Source: Lama glama (taxonomy: Eukaryota). From it: 64,000 nt of DNA. The notes beneath the pieces are model-generated. The model was not told where the DNA came from and made no database searches. It saw nothing but the letters and a program-made list of their open reading frames with translations. Position 1 is the stretch's first letter; each line of letters begins with the position of its first letter. The stretch spans positions 89,530,001 through 89,594,000 of the forward strand of contig CM052817.1 in NCBI GenBank assembly GCA_028534125.1. Direction: 5' to 3'. Positions 1-13,139 of this stretch are shown one piece after another. The position numbers and the translations under genes were made by a program.

Positions 1-589
1 TTAATTAAACTATTGTAACCATGCAATGCATTTTTATGATATTTCAGAATTTTTCCTTGTTATATGTTCTCAGAAGTAGAATTACTGAGTCAAATACATA
101 AAAATTTAAATGAATCTTGATAATGCAAATTTTCCCCTAATATAGACCCAGTTTAAATTCCTGCTTATCATGCAAAAGTCTGCATGGTTCTCTTTGTCCT
201 CAATTAATTGCCTATTGCTGGTCTCATTAAAATCACATTTTATTTTGGTAAGATAGTATTTTACTGTTTGCACTGAACATTGCATTTTCCTTGATGATAT
301 ACATTCTAAAACCTTGCAATATTATCTATTTATTTATCTGACATTTAAAACATCCGTAATGATGCCCACTTCATAGGATGGATTAATTCACAATTGGACA
401 TGTAAGTGTAAAATTCAGGGAAAGGAGGAGTTGAGGGTTTGGGGAAAATAAAAGTTGAAGTGAAAGTTCTGAGACTTTTGCTAAGAAGTTGTGAAAATGA
501 GAAGAGTTTGAGGCTCATAGACTGAGAAAAAGAGAATGGGCCAAGGGATTGAGGATCCTGATTTTAATATAAAAACTAATAAATAAAAA

Positions 590-912
590 CCTATATTAAA
601 CAGAGTCAGGAGACCAGAGAGGAGAGCTCTCATGTCCTGCGAGGATAGCAGAGCCCAAAGGAAGAAGAAAGACTCTTCTTTCCTGGCAACAACTCAGCCA
701 GTGAAAAGTCATGGACTCTACATACTCCAGCTCTCCCAACTTCCTTTTTTGCCCTATAGAGTGTTCTCCTTTCTGCGGAGGGCAGAGTCTTGCACAGGAT
801 TTGCCGTAGTTGCAGACCCTGAACAACAGTTTTATGCTGATCCTGAATAAACCCATTTTTAGGGGGGAGGGCTGGGAGAAATAGGTGACAGTCTGTTTAT
901 TTTAGATCAAAA
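590..912 (+). mobile_element. ERV1-type LTR, 3' part (cetartiodactyl-like)
   Basis: R/U5-like end gttgcagaccctgaa...ctgatcctgaataaacccatttt...gtctgtttattttagatcaaaa with AATAAA; resembles artiodactyl ERV1 LTR ends from memory. Confidence 0.6.
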
Positions 913-1369
913 ATACTAAGGAACAGATGTGCTTGCTATAAAGGAAAGAGGGCATTAGCAGAAATAACTTTACTAAAGGATGAATAGTAAACTATGTACT
1001 TCTGTTTGATGCTGTGGTCCACAGAACTGTATAGAAATAGGGTACTGAGTGGGGTGAAAGTGAAATCATTGGAACTAAAGTGAAAGAATGTGGCTATTGA
1101 ACCTGACATGTAATTTACACATTCAAGGTGCTTGTAGAAATTGTTGCAAAGTCTCTGAACCTGAAAGCCAAGGTGAGAAGTCAAGTAGATGTATCCAGAT
1201 AGCCTAAGCCTCAAAGGCATTTTTTTTCCTTAGAAAGGGAAAACAATGATTTATGGTGATCAGTCATAATGGGAGGGGTCACAATAATGCTGGAGGTTTC
1301 CTCTAGCCAGGTAGGATATGTAACATAAGATACTTCTTAAGAGTTCCAGCCAAATATTATATAATTATA

Positions 1370-2140
1370 TAATATAGAAAATCATATAATATAGATTTTT
1401 CTAATTCTTTCCTCATAAATCAGATTTAAGTTAAACATTTTTGTATGTGTGTCAAAAATACCGGATGGGTGATTTCCTGTTGCATAACAACATCATGACA
1501 CACATAAGAATGCCATTTTCTCCTTATCACTGATGCCAAGTTTGATTATTATACCTGCTCTTGCCTTCTAGATCGTTGTATCAGAAAGGAAAATATGTTC
1601 CTTTAGTTTTATGTAAATAATACACAAGGTGTTGCTTAAAACATGTGTCAATGATTTTTAACATTTATTAACAACCTTTGCTTGATTAAGAAATTATTTT
1701 AGTAGTCACAAATGATGATTTTCTGTTTTCCTAGTACATGTATATGCTAATATTCTTCTGTTAGAAAAGAGCTTTTTTCTTCCCCCCTTTTCTTTTAGGT
1801 AGCACTATGGATTCATGCATAATATGTTATAATTGATTACTCTTATCTTTAATGATGTTTATTTGTCTCTAATTTGGCCCTTGAGGGTCCCTTTCTTGCT
1901 AGATCATGTGCAATTTGATATGTTCCCATTAGTTCTGGTGTATGTCCTTGTTTTCTGGGTCTCTTACTCATTTCATAATATTCTCTTATGTGCAGTGAAG
2001 TATGGATATAATTTCTCTTTTTTTCCAAATGATTACTTAATTGTCACAACATCATTTACTAAAAATTACATTCCTCAGTGAGAACTCTCTAAAACCAGAG
2101 AAATGAACACCGATTTGTGATGCCATATACATATACGTAA
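1370..2140 (-). mobile_element. Old, degraded L1 (L1M-type) fragments
   Basis: T-rich antisense L1 motifs, e.g. ttttccaaatgattacttaattgtcacaacatcatttact. Confidence 0.45.
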
Positions 2141-2749
2141 TGCAGTTTCTTAATAAACTTTAATCTTTTTCCATAAGAGAGCAACACCTTTGGGCTTGAG
2201 TTATAGTTGGTCAACCTTATTCCATAAACAGTCTTTATATATGAAAGAAGCAAATATATATTTTAAAGACTTCACATTCAACAATCAATTTCTCTCTCTC
2301 TCAGTTTCTCACTCCTTCTCTTTCTTCCTTCCCTCTCTCCCTATTTCTTTCTCATTTCTATTTTGGACTTGATCTTAATCTCTTACAAAAAATAATTATG
2401 AAATAATCAATACAAATGATTATTGAAATATGAAAATAAAAATTAGAAGACATTTGTTTTTTAGTCTTATATATAACTATTTAGGTGTAAGAATTCTGAA
2501 AAACACTAAAACATTAAAAAAAAATCTGAAAAACAGTAAAAACAGTAAAAAAAAAATTCTTTTACTTCTCTTTGACCTAGGCCTTTGATAGGAATTAGAA
2601 AACAGGCACATTAAGGTACATTAAGATTAATTTCTTATTCAAGGAGCCAAGGTCCTAATGTACTACATTGTGACAACCAAGATAAGTGAAAGAGGAGTTT
2701 TTATCTTTTCAGTCCAAACCAGTATCTGATCTCCCATTCAATTTTGGGA

Positions 2750-3212
2750 GAACTGACCACTGCAACAAAGAAGCTGAATAGCCTGGCTCTCACTTTCTCT
2801 GCCTATTTAGCAGCTTGGGCATTTGCCTATGATTGAGATTGGCCAGTCTGAGACAGAGAATTAAAAGTTTGTGATGCAAGAACAATGGAGAATTAATCAG
2901 GTATGTGGTCACCATGGCAGAAAAAAAAAAATCTGGATGAAGATACATTGGAGGAATATTTCCCAGTGCTGATAGGGGCAGTGAGGATAACACTAGTGTC
3001 CAGTGTCCAATGTTAGTGGCACTTTCCTTGTTGAGTCACTTCCTATGGTGTGAGTCTGGCTATGATACTTGCTTCTTAGTCTCCACTGGTACATGGATAT
3101 TTTCTGAGTCTGACTCTCTACCACACTCATCAGTTCTGTAAGTCAGTCAATATTCTTTCAATAAATGCATTTTTCTTTTAAATGACTGGGAATTAGTTTT
3201 TGTTGCTTATGA
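2750..3212 (+). mobile_element. Old MaLR (MLT1-type) LTR fragment
   Basis: 3' end aataaatgcattttt...gaattagtttttgttgcttatg resembles old MLT1 LTR termini. Confidence 0.4.
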
Positions 3213-3290
3213 GAAAGGGATAGACTTTGCTGAGAAGTAATTTCACTAAATTTAAGACAGCAGTGAATTTAACTTTATAGTAGCTAGTAT

Positions 3291-3478
3291 TCTTTAAAAA
3301 AATGATTAAAGAAGACAATTTATGTGCTACAAACTTTATTTACCACTTCATAAAGTGGACAGATTCCTTTTAAGGAACTGCAAAATGGCCAGAAGGAAAA
3401 AAAAACTTTTCTTTAACTAAAAAAAATAAATAAATAAGGATGAGAAAAATAGAAAATATCTGATTGGTGGGAGCCACA
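3291..3478 (-). mobile_element. 3' LTR of the provirus, truncated (U3 part deleted)
   Basis: Aligns only to the first ~190 bp (plus-strand order) of the 8360-8736 LTR, then runs directly into internal sequence. Confidence 0.7.
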
Positions 3479-5960
3479 TTGTTTAACATTTTTATTAAGA
3501 GCAGACCAATAATCTAAAAAAATTTTCCTTTTAACAGAAAGAAAACCCAGTACTAAAATTGTACCAGTGTACTTTTGATATTAAAACTCTTTAAGAAAAA
3601 AAAAACAAACTTATCTGTGTCTATTCTAACCTTAGCCAGTTTGACCTTATGTAAAATTCCTTTCCTAAGAAACTCTTTCCACAAACCTTCTACAACTTTT
3701 TATATTCATTCAGATATTGTCCATTATTTTCTATCTTTCTCTTTCTGGAACAATCAGTTATTTTAGTTTAGAAAAAAATTACTCTCTTTTTCCCTTAATA
3801 AAAGCACATCTCCCCATACCTCATCCTTTTTCTTACCAAAAATACAATGTAATTTCCTTGCACAGACATGTTTCCCTTATTTCTAGTAGTTTTATTTCTT
3901 TATGTTAATTAGAATGCTTAACATTAAAATCCTTAATTCCTAGTGAAAACTAAGAAGAAAGCAATTTGTGACCTATTACACTAGCATTCTGTGGATTGGC
4001 AAATTTATAAATACATTTCAGAAGTTCTAGAAGTTTTTTTTTACAAGATATGTAAAACATATCATACACTGTGAGATGTTTACATATAATACTAGTAAAA
4101 ATATACTATGAGTAACTATACTTTTACTCATAGTAAATTTTTCAATGTGGTACAAAACATGTTCACTAATATACCCAAATATTTTATCTGTAAAAGGAAG
4201 TTAAAGTGGATAAATGTATGTTCAGCAATTAATATTTCAATATTTTATCTTATTTGAAAATGATTTAGATATAAAATGAATATCCACCATTTAATTTATC
4301 TCAATATAACTTGAAGAACACAAGTTGCCAAAAACTTTTGGAAACTATTTTTAAGTAGACATACGTTAAAGCATACTTATTGTCAAAAAATCCATTTGTA
4401 AACTTTTACATTACTCAGATCTATTAAATTTACTTGTTCTTAACCCCTATGTCTAGATTATTCATGAAATTTTTATGGGACATTAAACAGCTAACCATCA
4501 TCTCAGTTATCTTTCTTGCTGACATATTCTGTAACAGAGATAACATAAGCTTATTTGACTTTTAGTTAACCTAGGTAAAATAAAAGTATTTATTCAGTGC
4601 TGGTAACTCTAAAAACATGATTATTTTTATTAAACCAACAAACTTAAACCAGCTTTTATTTACTGAAGATTGTCTTATGAACCTGACCAGAGCTCTTTAC
4701 ATATAGTACCATCGAAACATAGAAAAAAATCACACATTTATAACATACATACAAAGGAATACATAAATATACAGACAGACACAGATCTATAGCTTTTGCT
4801 TTAAAATTTTTGCCATGAGCTGGGTATGATAATGCAAAACTCACTAATTGATGAAAGAACAGATCCAAATTGTGTTTCTGGCAGATTAAATAAGTTAAGG
4901 TACCTGCTCAGATGGCTTAAACTTTTTATTATTATTTGTAGAGACTTCTAAAATTTTCTTGCACCTAGTTTTCAAACAGCTTTTCCCTTTTTCTTTCTTC
5001 CTAACAGAAGAAGAATTACCTCTCTGAAGTTTACATTTCAAGGAGATGGCCTTTAGGTCTTAGAGAAGACCAGGTAGAATATTTACAACTCAAAGGTTCA
5101 GAGAAAGAACGTGAGTTCTTGCAAGAAAGATTTTTGTTTCCTAAACCCAAAATTTTCTACAATGCATACAAGTATTTTGAGATGAATAGGGGAGGTTTTG
5201 GGATTGGTGAAAAGGATAAGGCTTTTTCTGTCCTTGTAAAGACTCAACTTATAAGACAAGTTGTACAAGTTGTCCTCAATTTGTAGAATGGTTGTTTTTA
5301 ATTTCTCAAAGAAATGAATTGCAATGGGAATGATAAAAGGGGACTGATCTACTCATCAAAGTACATCATTATCAGTTTGCTTCTTTATATCAAGGAGGAG
5401 ATCTTCAATTAAGGTAGAAATCAAAAGATTCCTATATTCTAGATTTAGAGCTGTTTTTCTTTGAAATGTTTTTCTTTCCCTCTGGGTATATAGTTTCATT
5501 TAGCTTAGGAGAGAAGGCCTTAACAAAAAAGTTCCTGTCAAGCTCTGAATGTCAGTTTCCAATTTTGCCAACTTCTGACCATAGAAATACTTTTAAAAAA
5601 ATACATCCTTTCAAATTTCTTGTCAGGTTTCAACTGAGACAAACAGTAAGTATTCCTGGAAATATTGAACAACCTCATGGAACCAAGAGGCAACCCCAAA
5701 GAAGTTGTAAAAAAGAAACTATCTTCCCAAAACCCAGAGACACTCTCAAAGATAGCTCAAAGAAAGACTTAGGTAATTTCCTGAGCACTGGCAATAGTCA
5801 GGAGGACCCCAGCTGTAAATGCAGTGCACTCAATTTCGTCCGGCAGTGTCTAACCCAAGATGGGATGCAACTCATATTTTTGTCTGGCCATATTTTGGGG
5901 GCCCCAACCTGACAGTTGGGCTGCCTGCATATGTAAGAACCAACAATCTGCATGTCCCAA

Positions 5961-6454
5961 TGTGAATGAAAATACTGCAATGTGAATGAAAATACTGCAA
6001 ACATATCAGTAAACAAAGAATGCTGAAACCAAGTCATCAGCGGCTGCAGCCACCCCCAAGTGGGGACAGGCCTGTAGCCCAGCCTCTGCAGTCACTCACA
6101 GTGGTGCACTCTAAGGGGACTCAGAGTAAGAAAGGACAGGATACTGGCCCTAGATAGCTAGGTGCTTGTGAAATGAATGAATTCAGTGAGCCCAAATGTT
6201 TGCTTCCTCCCATACATAGAAAAGCACTAAATACTTTAACTTGAGATGCCTGGCTTTCTTTAGATAACAAGCAATCTTTTATTGTTCCAACTACCTGGTT
6301 TTTGTTGTAAAGCTCCTATATATCCTTGCTCCTCCTCAACCTCTTTGGAGCAGTCACTCAGAGCGATCTGAGAGGCTGTCATCCCAGCTCAAGTCCTCCC
6401 GCCAAATAAAACATAACTCTTAACTTTTAGGCTGTGCATTTATTTCAGTCGACA
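5961..6454 (+). mobile_element. Younger ERV1 solo LTR nested in the provirus
   Basis: TG...CA termini (tgtgaatg ... ttcagtcgaca), TATA-like ctatatat near 6316, AATAAA near 6406, flanks ccaa/ccag (4-bp TSD with one mismatch). Confidence 0.85.
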
Positions 6455-7079
6455 CCAGAATGGCAGAAAGCCAAGTCAAATTCTCAGGACACAAAATGAG
6501 ACCAATAAGAAGGCAATAGCTGTCTCTGGGAGAGAAAAGGATTGGTAACCAATAAAGGACAACATAAAATTTTACTTTCCTCTCAACGGGGTACTACAGA
6601 GATCCAGGAGAGCTCACTGGTAAGAATTCTCAACCTTTGTTGATTTCTGCCAGTCTTCCCTGGATCCCGTCTGCAGGCTCCAGAGTGACTAGGTTTAAAG
6701 TAGAGAGTGTAGCCCCAGTATCTATTAGAATTATTTTGCAAGGTCTTCCATTAATTTTAATTTTAGTTTCTCCTTAGCTATTTGAGGGTATAATTGGTAG
6801 CATTTTCCCAGAGAATCCCTCGGAGTCCCATCGACCACAAGAGGGGCTCTGTGGGGCCTGCTTTCAAGGGTAGATACGGGGGTGTCAGAGTTAGTGCAGA
6901 AAGCTTTGATTTTGTATAGTATTGTAGCTTTTTCCAAGTGGAAAGGCAATTAAGATAGAGAATTAGTAGATTAAATATTCAGGTAAATAAAGATAGAGGG
7001 CAGTAGCAGACGGCGCATCAGTCTTTTGTTTTAGGTATCTCCTGTGTCTTTAATTTTCTTTAGTCTTTTGCAATGAATC

Positions 7080-7330
7080 TTTTAATGAAGCTGTTTCGGA
7101 AGTTTGAAGTTTTTTGGAGGCTTCTGCATACCAGTTAAAATAGGTAGCCCATTCTGTTTGATTTGGAAATCCTTGCTTTCAAGTGCACTTCTTCAATGAA
7201 TGACCTTCTTAATTGGAATTCTCCCCATAATGTTCACTGTAACTGTGGGTTGTCTTAGTAAGGCTTTGCCATTTTTGTAGATAACTAAAGTTTCCAAGAC
7301 CACAGTTCTTAGACATAAAATAAGCAGATG
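7080..7330 (-). pseudogene. Degraded retroviral gag (matrix-like) remnant
   Basis: Minus strand reads approximately LQ*TLWGEFQL..VIH*RSALESK, resembling the class I ERV matrix motif LQWPLWGTF; contains stops. Confidence 0.45.
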
Positions 7331-8359
7331 TGCCAGAAAGTGACACGATTCTTTGAAACTTGAAGATTCCATTTCTGTAGCAAGCCTTGGTTCTCTCAGA
7401 GCCAAATTAATACCTAAGAGGGGTGTGCCACTGGGTTGGGGACTGTGTGGTGTTTTACAGTGTACCTTGTTGCACAGAACTTTTCTTGAGGTTGGTAGTG
7501 ATCTAGTGTCAATTTAACTTATCCTCACACAGGAGTCTTAGGGTTAAAGTGGTGAGCACTATAACAGCTTTTAAATGCTCCACCTCATGCATCAATTTTG
7601 AGGCTTTGGCTTCTGAGGTTCCTATTAGCAATAGATCTATCATTCCCTTCAGGAGAAAATTTCTCTATAGTGGTGAACACCCTAATGGCTTTTAATAGTG
7701 TGTCTTATGCCTACTTAGATTTTGATTTTGATGATCAAAACAGTCTGAATTTCTTATTTTAATTTATTTCCCCAAGTCCCCTAGTGGTTTATGCTGTAGG
7801 CTTACCTGAAGGCTTTGTGAGCCCCATGATGGATACCACCTGATGTGGACTTCCAATAAAGTTATCCTGGAAATTTTCTGGGACCCCAGAACATTTCTGG
7901 GAACTTTCATAAACCCTGGAAACTCTCTGATGTATACTATCCATCAATCCCAAGAAAATTTCTGTGTAAAGAGGTACATGTAAAACATCACAAAACCCTT
8001 GCCCAGCAGCCCATTCCTCTAAGGTATTAATTTGGCTCTGAGAGACACAAGGCCTGGATAAAGAATATATATGTATATATGTGCGTGTGTGTGTCTGTCT
8101 CTCTCTCACTTTCTCTCTCTATTTATATATGTATATGTATATACATATATATGTAATTTTTAAAATAAAGTTTGCTTGGACTAAAGAGCTGTATGCAAGG
8201 GATTAGAGTTCAAATCCCAGAGTGACTTACCCATGGCTTTCAGTAATGGTGAGAGGAACAGTGAACTCAAAGGAATCAGCAAGTGTCTCCCTTGTGTGTC
8301 TTCTTATTCTATAGACCATTGGCAGTCAGCTTAGGATCTCATTCCTCCTCACCAAAAAC

Positions 8360-8736
8360 TATTAAAAAAAAAAAAAAGATTAAAGAAGACAATTTAGGTA
8401 ATACAAAAAAACTTTAACACTTCATAAAGTAGACAGTCACCTTTTGGGGAATTGCAAAATGGGGTGGAAGGCAAAAACTTTTATAGGGTAAAGAATAAAG
8501 TACAAGGAAGGGACAAATACAAAGTATCTGATTAGTGAGAGCCAAATAATCAACCTTGTTTGGGGTGAGGAGGCCCAGAGTTGATTTGGCACCTGGGAAT
8601 TAGCTGAGTGACTAGACTGTGTTTCTGGGCAAATAAAGTATTGACAGGAACAGGAAAGCTATCTAGGTTTAGGTTTGCTGATGTGGCACCCTGGGTAGGA
8701 GGGGGTCCCTCTTGAGCCTATAAATTTATTTCAACA
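8360..8736 (-). mobile_element. 5' LTR of the provirus (complete, ~377 bp)
   Basis: Minus strand begins tgttgaaataaattt; PBS-like sequence follows its end; homologous to 3291-3478. Confidence 0.75.
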
Positions 8737-9017
8737 ATATTAAATAATTATTTCAGTTATGCATTATAGGATTTAAATTCTTTGGAAAAAACTTGAGAGG
8801 AACCATTGTTTGATGCAGTGTGGACCATGGTCAGGTGTTGGGATGTCAATTATACAGTGTTCGCCTTTGAAAGATCATTCAATTAATATAACTAAGAGGT
8901 TCAAAAATAAAAATTTCACTAAGCTAAGGAAATAAAATATCAAAATATTGGCCTGAGAAGGCAATACTTTAAAGTACAAAGAATAGGAATGTTGGTTGTA
9001 TTGTACATATTTTTAAT

Positions 9018-9553
9018 TAGTTGTATATTGTGATATTTTGACTTCGTAAAAAAACTTTTCTGGCTAGGGAGAAACTGCCCCTCCTTGGGTTAAGCAATTC
9101 TTAGAGATGGCAAAGGGCCTAGCCTGGAGCATGTCTTTGCTATGTAAACTAATCAATTCAGAGCCATTCCTCATCTATCTGGCCTGGGCACCCCAGAAGG
9201 CAATATTCTTCTGCCTTAATCATCCTAGGGCCAGGTGCAGGCAATTGGGGACCACTCTTACAGCCCAAAACCCACAGAAATTATTCAAACAAGCCAATTC
9301 TAAACTGTCCATCCTGCCCTGCCTTGCCTTGCCTTTCCTGTGAAAACTCCAATAAAGACGGTTGCTGAAACCTTCCCCTTGTTTCTGCCTTCTACTGCCT
9401 GACCTGGTGTCTTTCCTACGTAGCTCTGTGTGGTGAGCCATACCTCCTGTTTCTAGGACCTCTGAGTATAAAAACTTTGTTTTTTCCTGAGCCACACCCC
9501 TATCTTCTCTGTGGCTTCACCTGTCTGACCATATCATAAAAGAATACAACACA
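9018..9553 (+). mobile_element. ERVL-class solo LTR (MER54/MER74/MER88-like)
   Basis: Motifs gggccaggtgcaggcaattggggacc...gaaattattcaaacaagccaattctaaac, AATAAA near 9351, ends ...caacaca. Confidence 0.65.
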
Positions 9554-9696
9554 TTGGCAATCAGCAGATTATAAGGACTATTTTTTCACTTGATATTATG
9601 AATATTTGGGCAAGTTATTTAATCTCCTCCATAGGGAAGAGGTAACTCTCCAGAAGTGCCATGCAAGAATATGGTTGTACTTATGCTACTTAGAGC

Positions 9697-9750
9697 AGTA
9701 GTTTCAACTGTAGCTTTACATTAGAGTTATCTGAAGAGATTAATAACAAA
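9697..9750 (+). mobile_element. MER5-type hAT element, 5' half
   Basis: cagtagtttcaactgtagctttacattagagttatctg resembles the MER5 start cagtggttctcaaccttggctgcacattagaatcacctg. Confidence 0.45.
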
Positions 9751-10289
9751 AATAGAAAAAAAATTAAGTAAAATAGAACAATTAAGTCAAAACTAGTGAT
9801 AAAACTGGGCAACTGTGATTTTTCACAGCATACACAGGCAGTGTTGAAAACATTCCATGTAATGGAAATAGAGATATTCTTATGAACTCTTGTGTTTTCA
9901 ATTTAGTCTTGGTTGCCCAGTAAGTGACATAGTGTGTTTATTTATAGACATGAGACAACAAAGATAGAACTGATTCCATTTAAAATGATTATTCCTGATC
10001 ATCTCAGCAGGACCAGATATTTCCACTGACAGTGCCAGGCTTTCTGCCTGGTGGCGTTTTCTGGGACTCTGCAGAAAAGACATAACCAGATCAGAACATG
10101 GTGGTCTCAGAGTTGAGAGCACTGCATTTGGGGAGATCATCATGAAGGTAAATATAAAAATAAAAATATTTAACAAAATGATTAGAAATTCATTTGAGTA
10201 ATATATAAAACAATATTCCATGAAAAGGTCTCCACCCACCCCAGGAAAGCAAGTTTAACGTTTTAAAGTTAAAAAAAGTATAATTAATC

Positions 10290-12350
10290 ATATTAATAGA
10301 ATAAAGGAGAAAAGTATAGAATGGTATCATTAGATACAGAAATAACACGATAAAATTCAACATCCAGTCATAAGAACTGTCATACAAATAGGATTAAAAG
10401 GGAAAATTTCCATTCTGATAAACCTACTTCTTTGAAAAATCTTTGAAAAACCTACTTCTAACTTTATACTTAGTGGTGAATGACTGATTGCTTTCCCTCT
10501 AAGATTAGGGAGGAAAGGATGCCCATTCTTACTACTTCTTTATAACATTTTTTTTTCCTGGAGGTTCTATCTAGTACAATAAAGAAAAAAAAAGTTCAAA
10601 GCATGTTTATTACAAAAGATGATGTAAAAATATTTTATTTTATAGTTGATGGAATACCCAAAGACACCTGGGAAATACCAATTGTGTTTTTGTACACTGG
10701 GAAATAATCAGTAAACGAAATAAAAATATCATTTAAACTAGCATTAAAAAGGCAAAATAATTTAGGATAAATTCAACATAATATATGAAAAAAACAATTT
10801 ATAAATAATTACAAATAATATTACATTTCTGCCAATAATTTAAGACTTCATAAAATTTGGAAAGACATGCCAATTTCATGTATTGAAATAAATGATACTG
10901 TAAAGGTCTTAGTTTTCCCAAAGTGGGTCCATATATTCAGCATAATCTCAATCAAAAATCCTCAAAAAAATTTTTATTTGGTTTTGTTTTGGTAGATGAC
11001 AAATTGATTCTAAAATTTGTATGAAACTACAAAGTCATAAAAAACCTAAAATAAAAATAAAATAGAACAAAATTGGAAGAGTTACACTAATGCATTTTAA
11101 GACCTACTCTCAAAGTCTTAAAAGGGTGTGATATTCACTTAAGGACAGATTTAGGTCAAATGAAGCAATTCAAAAAATAGAGAAATATACTATTCACCTC
11201 TACTAAAATCCATGTGTGTCATTTACTCAATTCACCAAAAAATGAATCTTTCCCAAATCATGTTAATTAATTTTTCAGTGCTGCTATGGAAAAAAGTAAT
11301 CTTTTTACTCAACAGTGGTGGAATGGTAGAATGAGTATCCCAAGAAATATATCTTAACAATTTCCTCTTTCCAAATGGTTATTAACTCAAATGCAGTCAT
11401 ACACTTAAGCATAAAAAAGATGAAGCTGTAAAAGTTCTGGAAAGAAATGTAAGAAAACAATTTCCCCAACATAAAATAGACAGGGTAGGCAAAGATTTCT
11501 GAAAGAACTGAAAAAACACAATGTATAATATACTCACATATAAATTTACATGTGTATATAAATATGTATGTGTGTGTGTGTGTGTATATATATATGTATT
11601 TATATGTATATATCTGTACAGTTGGCCCTCTATATATTCCACAGGTTCCATATTTGTGAATTCAACCAACTGTGGCTCAAAAATATTTAAAAAAATCCAG
11701 AAGCTCCAAAAAGGAAAACTTGTTGCAATGGCAAAAATTCCTGCACAATGGCAACTATTTACATTGTATTTACATAGAATGTGTGTAGATTTTATGCAAA
11801 TACTACTCCATTTTACATAAGGGCCTTGAGTATCCATGGATTTTGGTATCCACAGGGGTTCTGGAACCAATCCCCCATACATATATACAGTCATCTCCTG
11901 GTGTATACACACACGCGCGCACCCACACACACACACACACAGGAGTTTGGTATAAACCCACAATATAATACTGTGCAGTAAGAAAGAACGAACCATGGGT
12001 AACACAAGAACATGGATAAATCTCAAAAGTACTTTGCTAAACCAAAAAAGCCAGACAGGAAAAAAGAAAAACATACTGAATTATTCTCTTTATGTGAAAT
12101 TCTGTCAGGCAAAATTAATGACAGTGACCAAGAGCCAAAATGTGATGTCCTGGAGCCAGGGATGGATGGGTGAGTCTAGTGCATAGCAGTGCAAGGGAAT
12201 TTTGAGGGTAATGGAAAATGAAAAGTCTATATATATCCTGATGTGTGATTACACAGATACTAATATGTTAAAATTTATAAACTAAAAATTAAAAATGAGT
12301 GTATTTTATCATATGTATCTTGTATCAAAATTAAGTAGATTTAAAAAGCA
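10290..12350 (+). mobile_element. Old L1 (L1M-type) ORF2 3' region and 3'UTR, degraded
   Basis: L1 ORF2 remnants (ataaaattcaacatcc, tggtgaatgactgattgctttccctctaagattagg, gacaaattgattctaaaatttgtatg) and 3'UTR motif acatggataaatctcaaaag. Confidence 0.75.
11619..11880 (+). mobile_element. MER2-type Tigger (TcMar) non-autonomous element inside the L1
   Basis: ta|cagttggccctc start; gaattcaaccaactgtggctcaaaaatattt; gagtatccatggattttggtatccacaggggttctggaaccaatcccc; flanked by TA/CA microsatellites. Confidence 0.8.
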
Positions 12351-12364
12351 AATTGTAACAGCTA

Positions 12365-12490
12365 AATAAAATAATGCTCAAGCTCTGTCCTAGAACAATT
12401 AAATAAGAATTTCTAGTGGTGAAATCTGTGCATCAGTATTTTCTACAAAGCTTCTGGGGGAAATTCTAATGTGTAGGCCATGTTTAAAAT
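12365..12490 (+). mobile_element. MER5-type hAT element, 3' half
   Basis: gcatcagtattttctacaaagcttctgggggaaattctaatgtgtaggcc resembles the MER5 3' portion. Confidence 0.55.
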
Positions 12491-13139
12491 ATCTTGTTTA
12501 ATGGAAATGAAGGTGTCATTCTTATAGACTTCTAGTGTCCTGCCTGTCTTACTTACTAGTAAGGGATGTAATTGTCAATTTTATTTTGTTTTGTTTTGCT
12601 TGTGTGTTCCTAGACCTAATTCACCAAAGATGAAACTACTCCATTATAAGTCTCCTGATGATAACCTTAGCAGTCAGAACATCACCTTTGACTCAAAAAA
12701 AAAAAAAAAAAGAAAAAGAAAAAGAAAAAATGTTGATACACTTTCATACAAGGAATATTCTTCTCTTAACTTTCCTAAAGATAATACCAAAAAAATGGTA
12801 GCAAACATTTTATAAGAGGGGCTGATTTATTTAACTAGTTTTTACACAGCCTGTTGTACTCAAAAATATTTCAAACAAATAACAATATAATTAATGTGCA
12901 CATTCTAAAAAAAATGTCTGAAAGAAGAAAGAGTATCAGTGTCTCAATGAAAATTAGTCCATGGACTCTCAGTTGTCATGGACCCTGCATTGAGCAAAAA
13001 TGATCAATAAAATAAACATGTGGGAGACATATTGAAATAACAAAGAGTAGACAAATCCAATTATGGATTGTCTTCTTCCAGAAGATCAGAAGATTCAACA
13101 TTGACTGATGCCTCTTCTTTCTTTCTTACCATTGCTGCC

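Larger units (their letters stand above)
3291..8736 (-). mobile_element. Decayed class I ERV provirus (MER4/MER34-group-like internal region) with paired LTRs
   Basis: Homologous direct repeats at 3291-3478 and 8360-8736 (gattaaagaagacaattta...cacttcataaagt.gacag...tgcaaaatgg...tatctgatt.gtg.gagcca); right copy ends tttcaaca; PBS-like tggtgaggaggaatgagatcc on the minus strand next to 8360; gag matrix-like remnant near 7080-7330; possible degenerate 4-bp TSD gtat/atat. Confidence 0.75.

Noticed and set aside
5466..5912. 148-aa + strand ORF
   Set aside because: Antisense to the decayed ERV internal region; no recognisable domain
11397..12074. 225-aa minus-strand ORF
   Set aside because: Spans antisense L1, MER2 and TA/CA microsatellites; the low-complexity translation indicates a chance ORF
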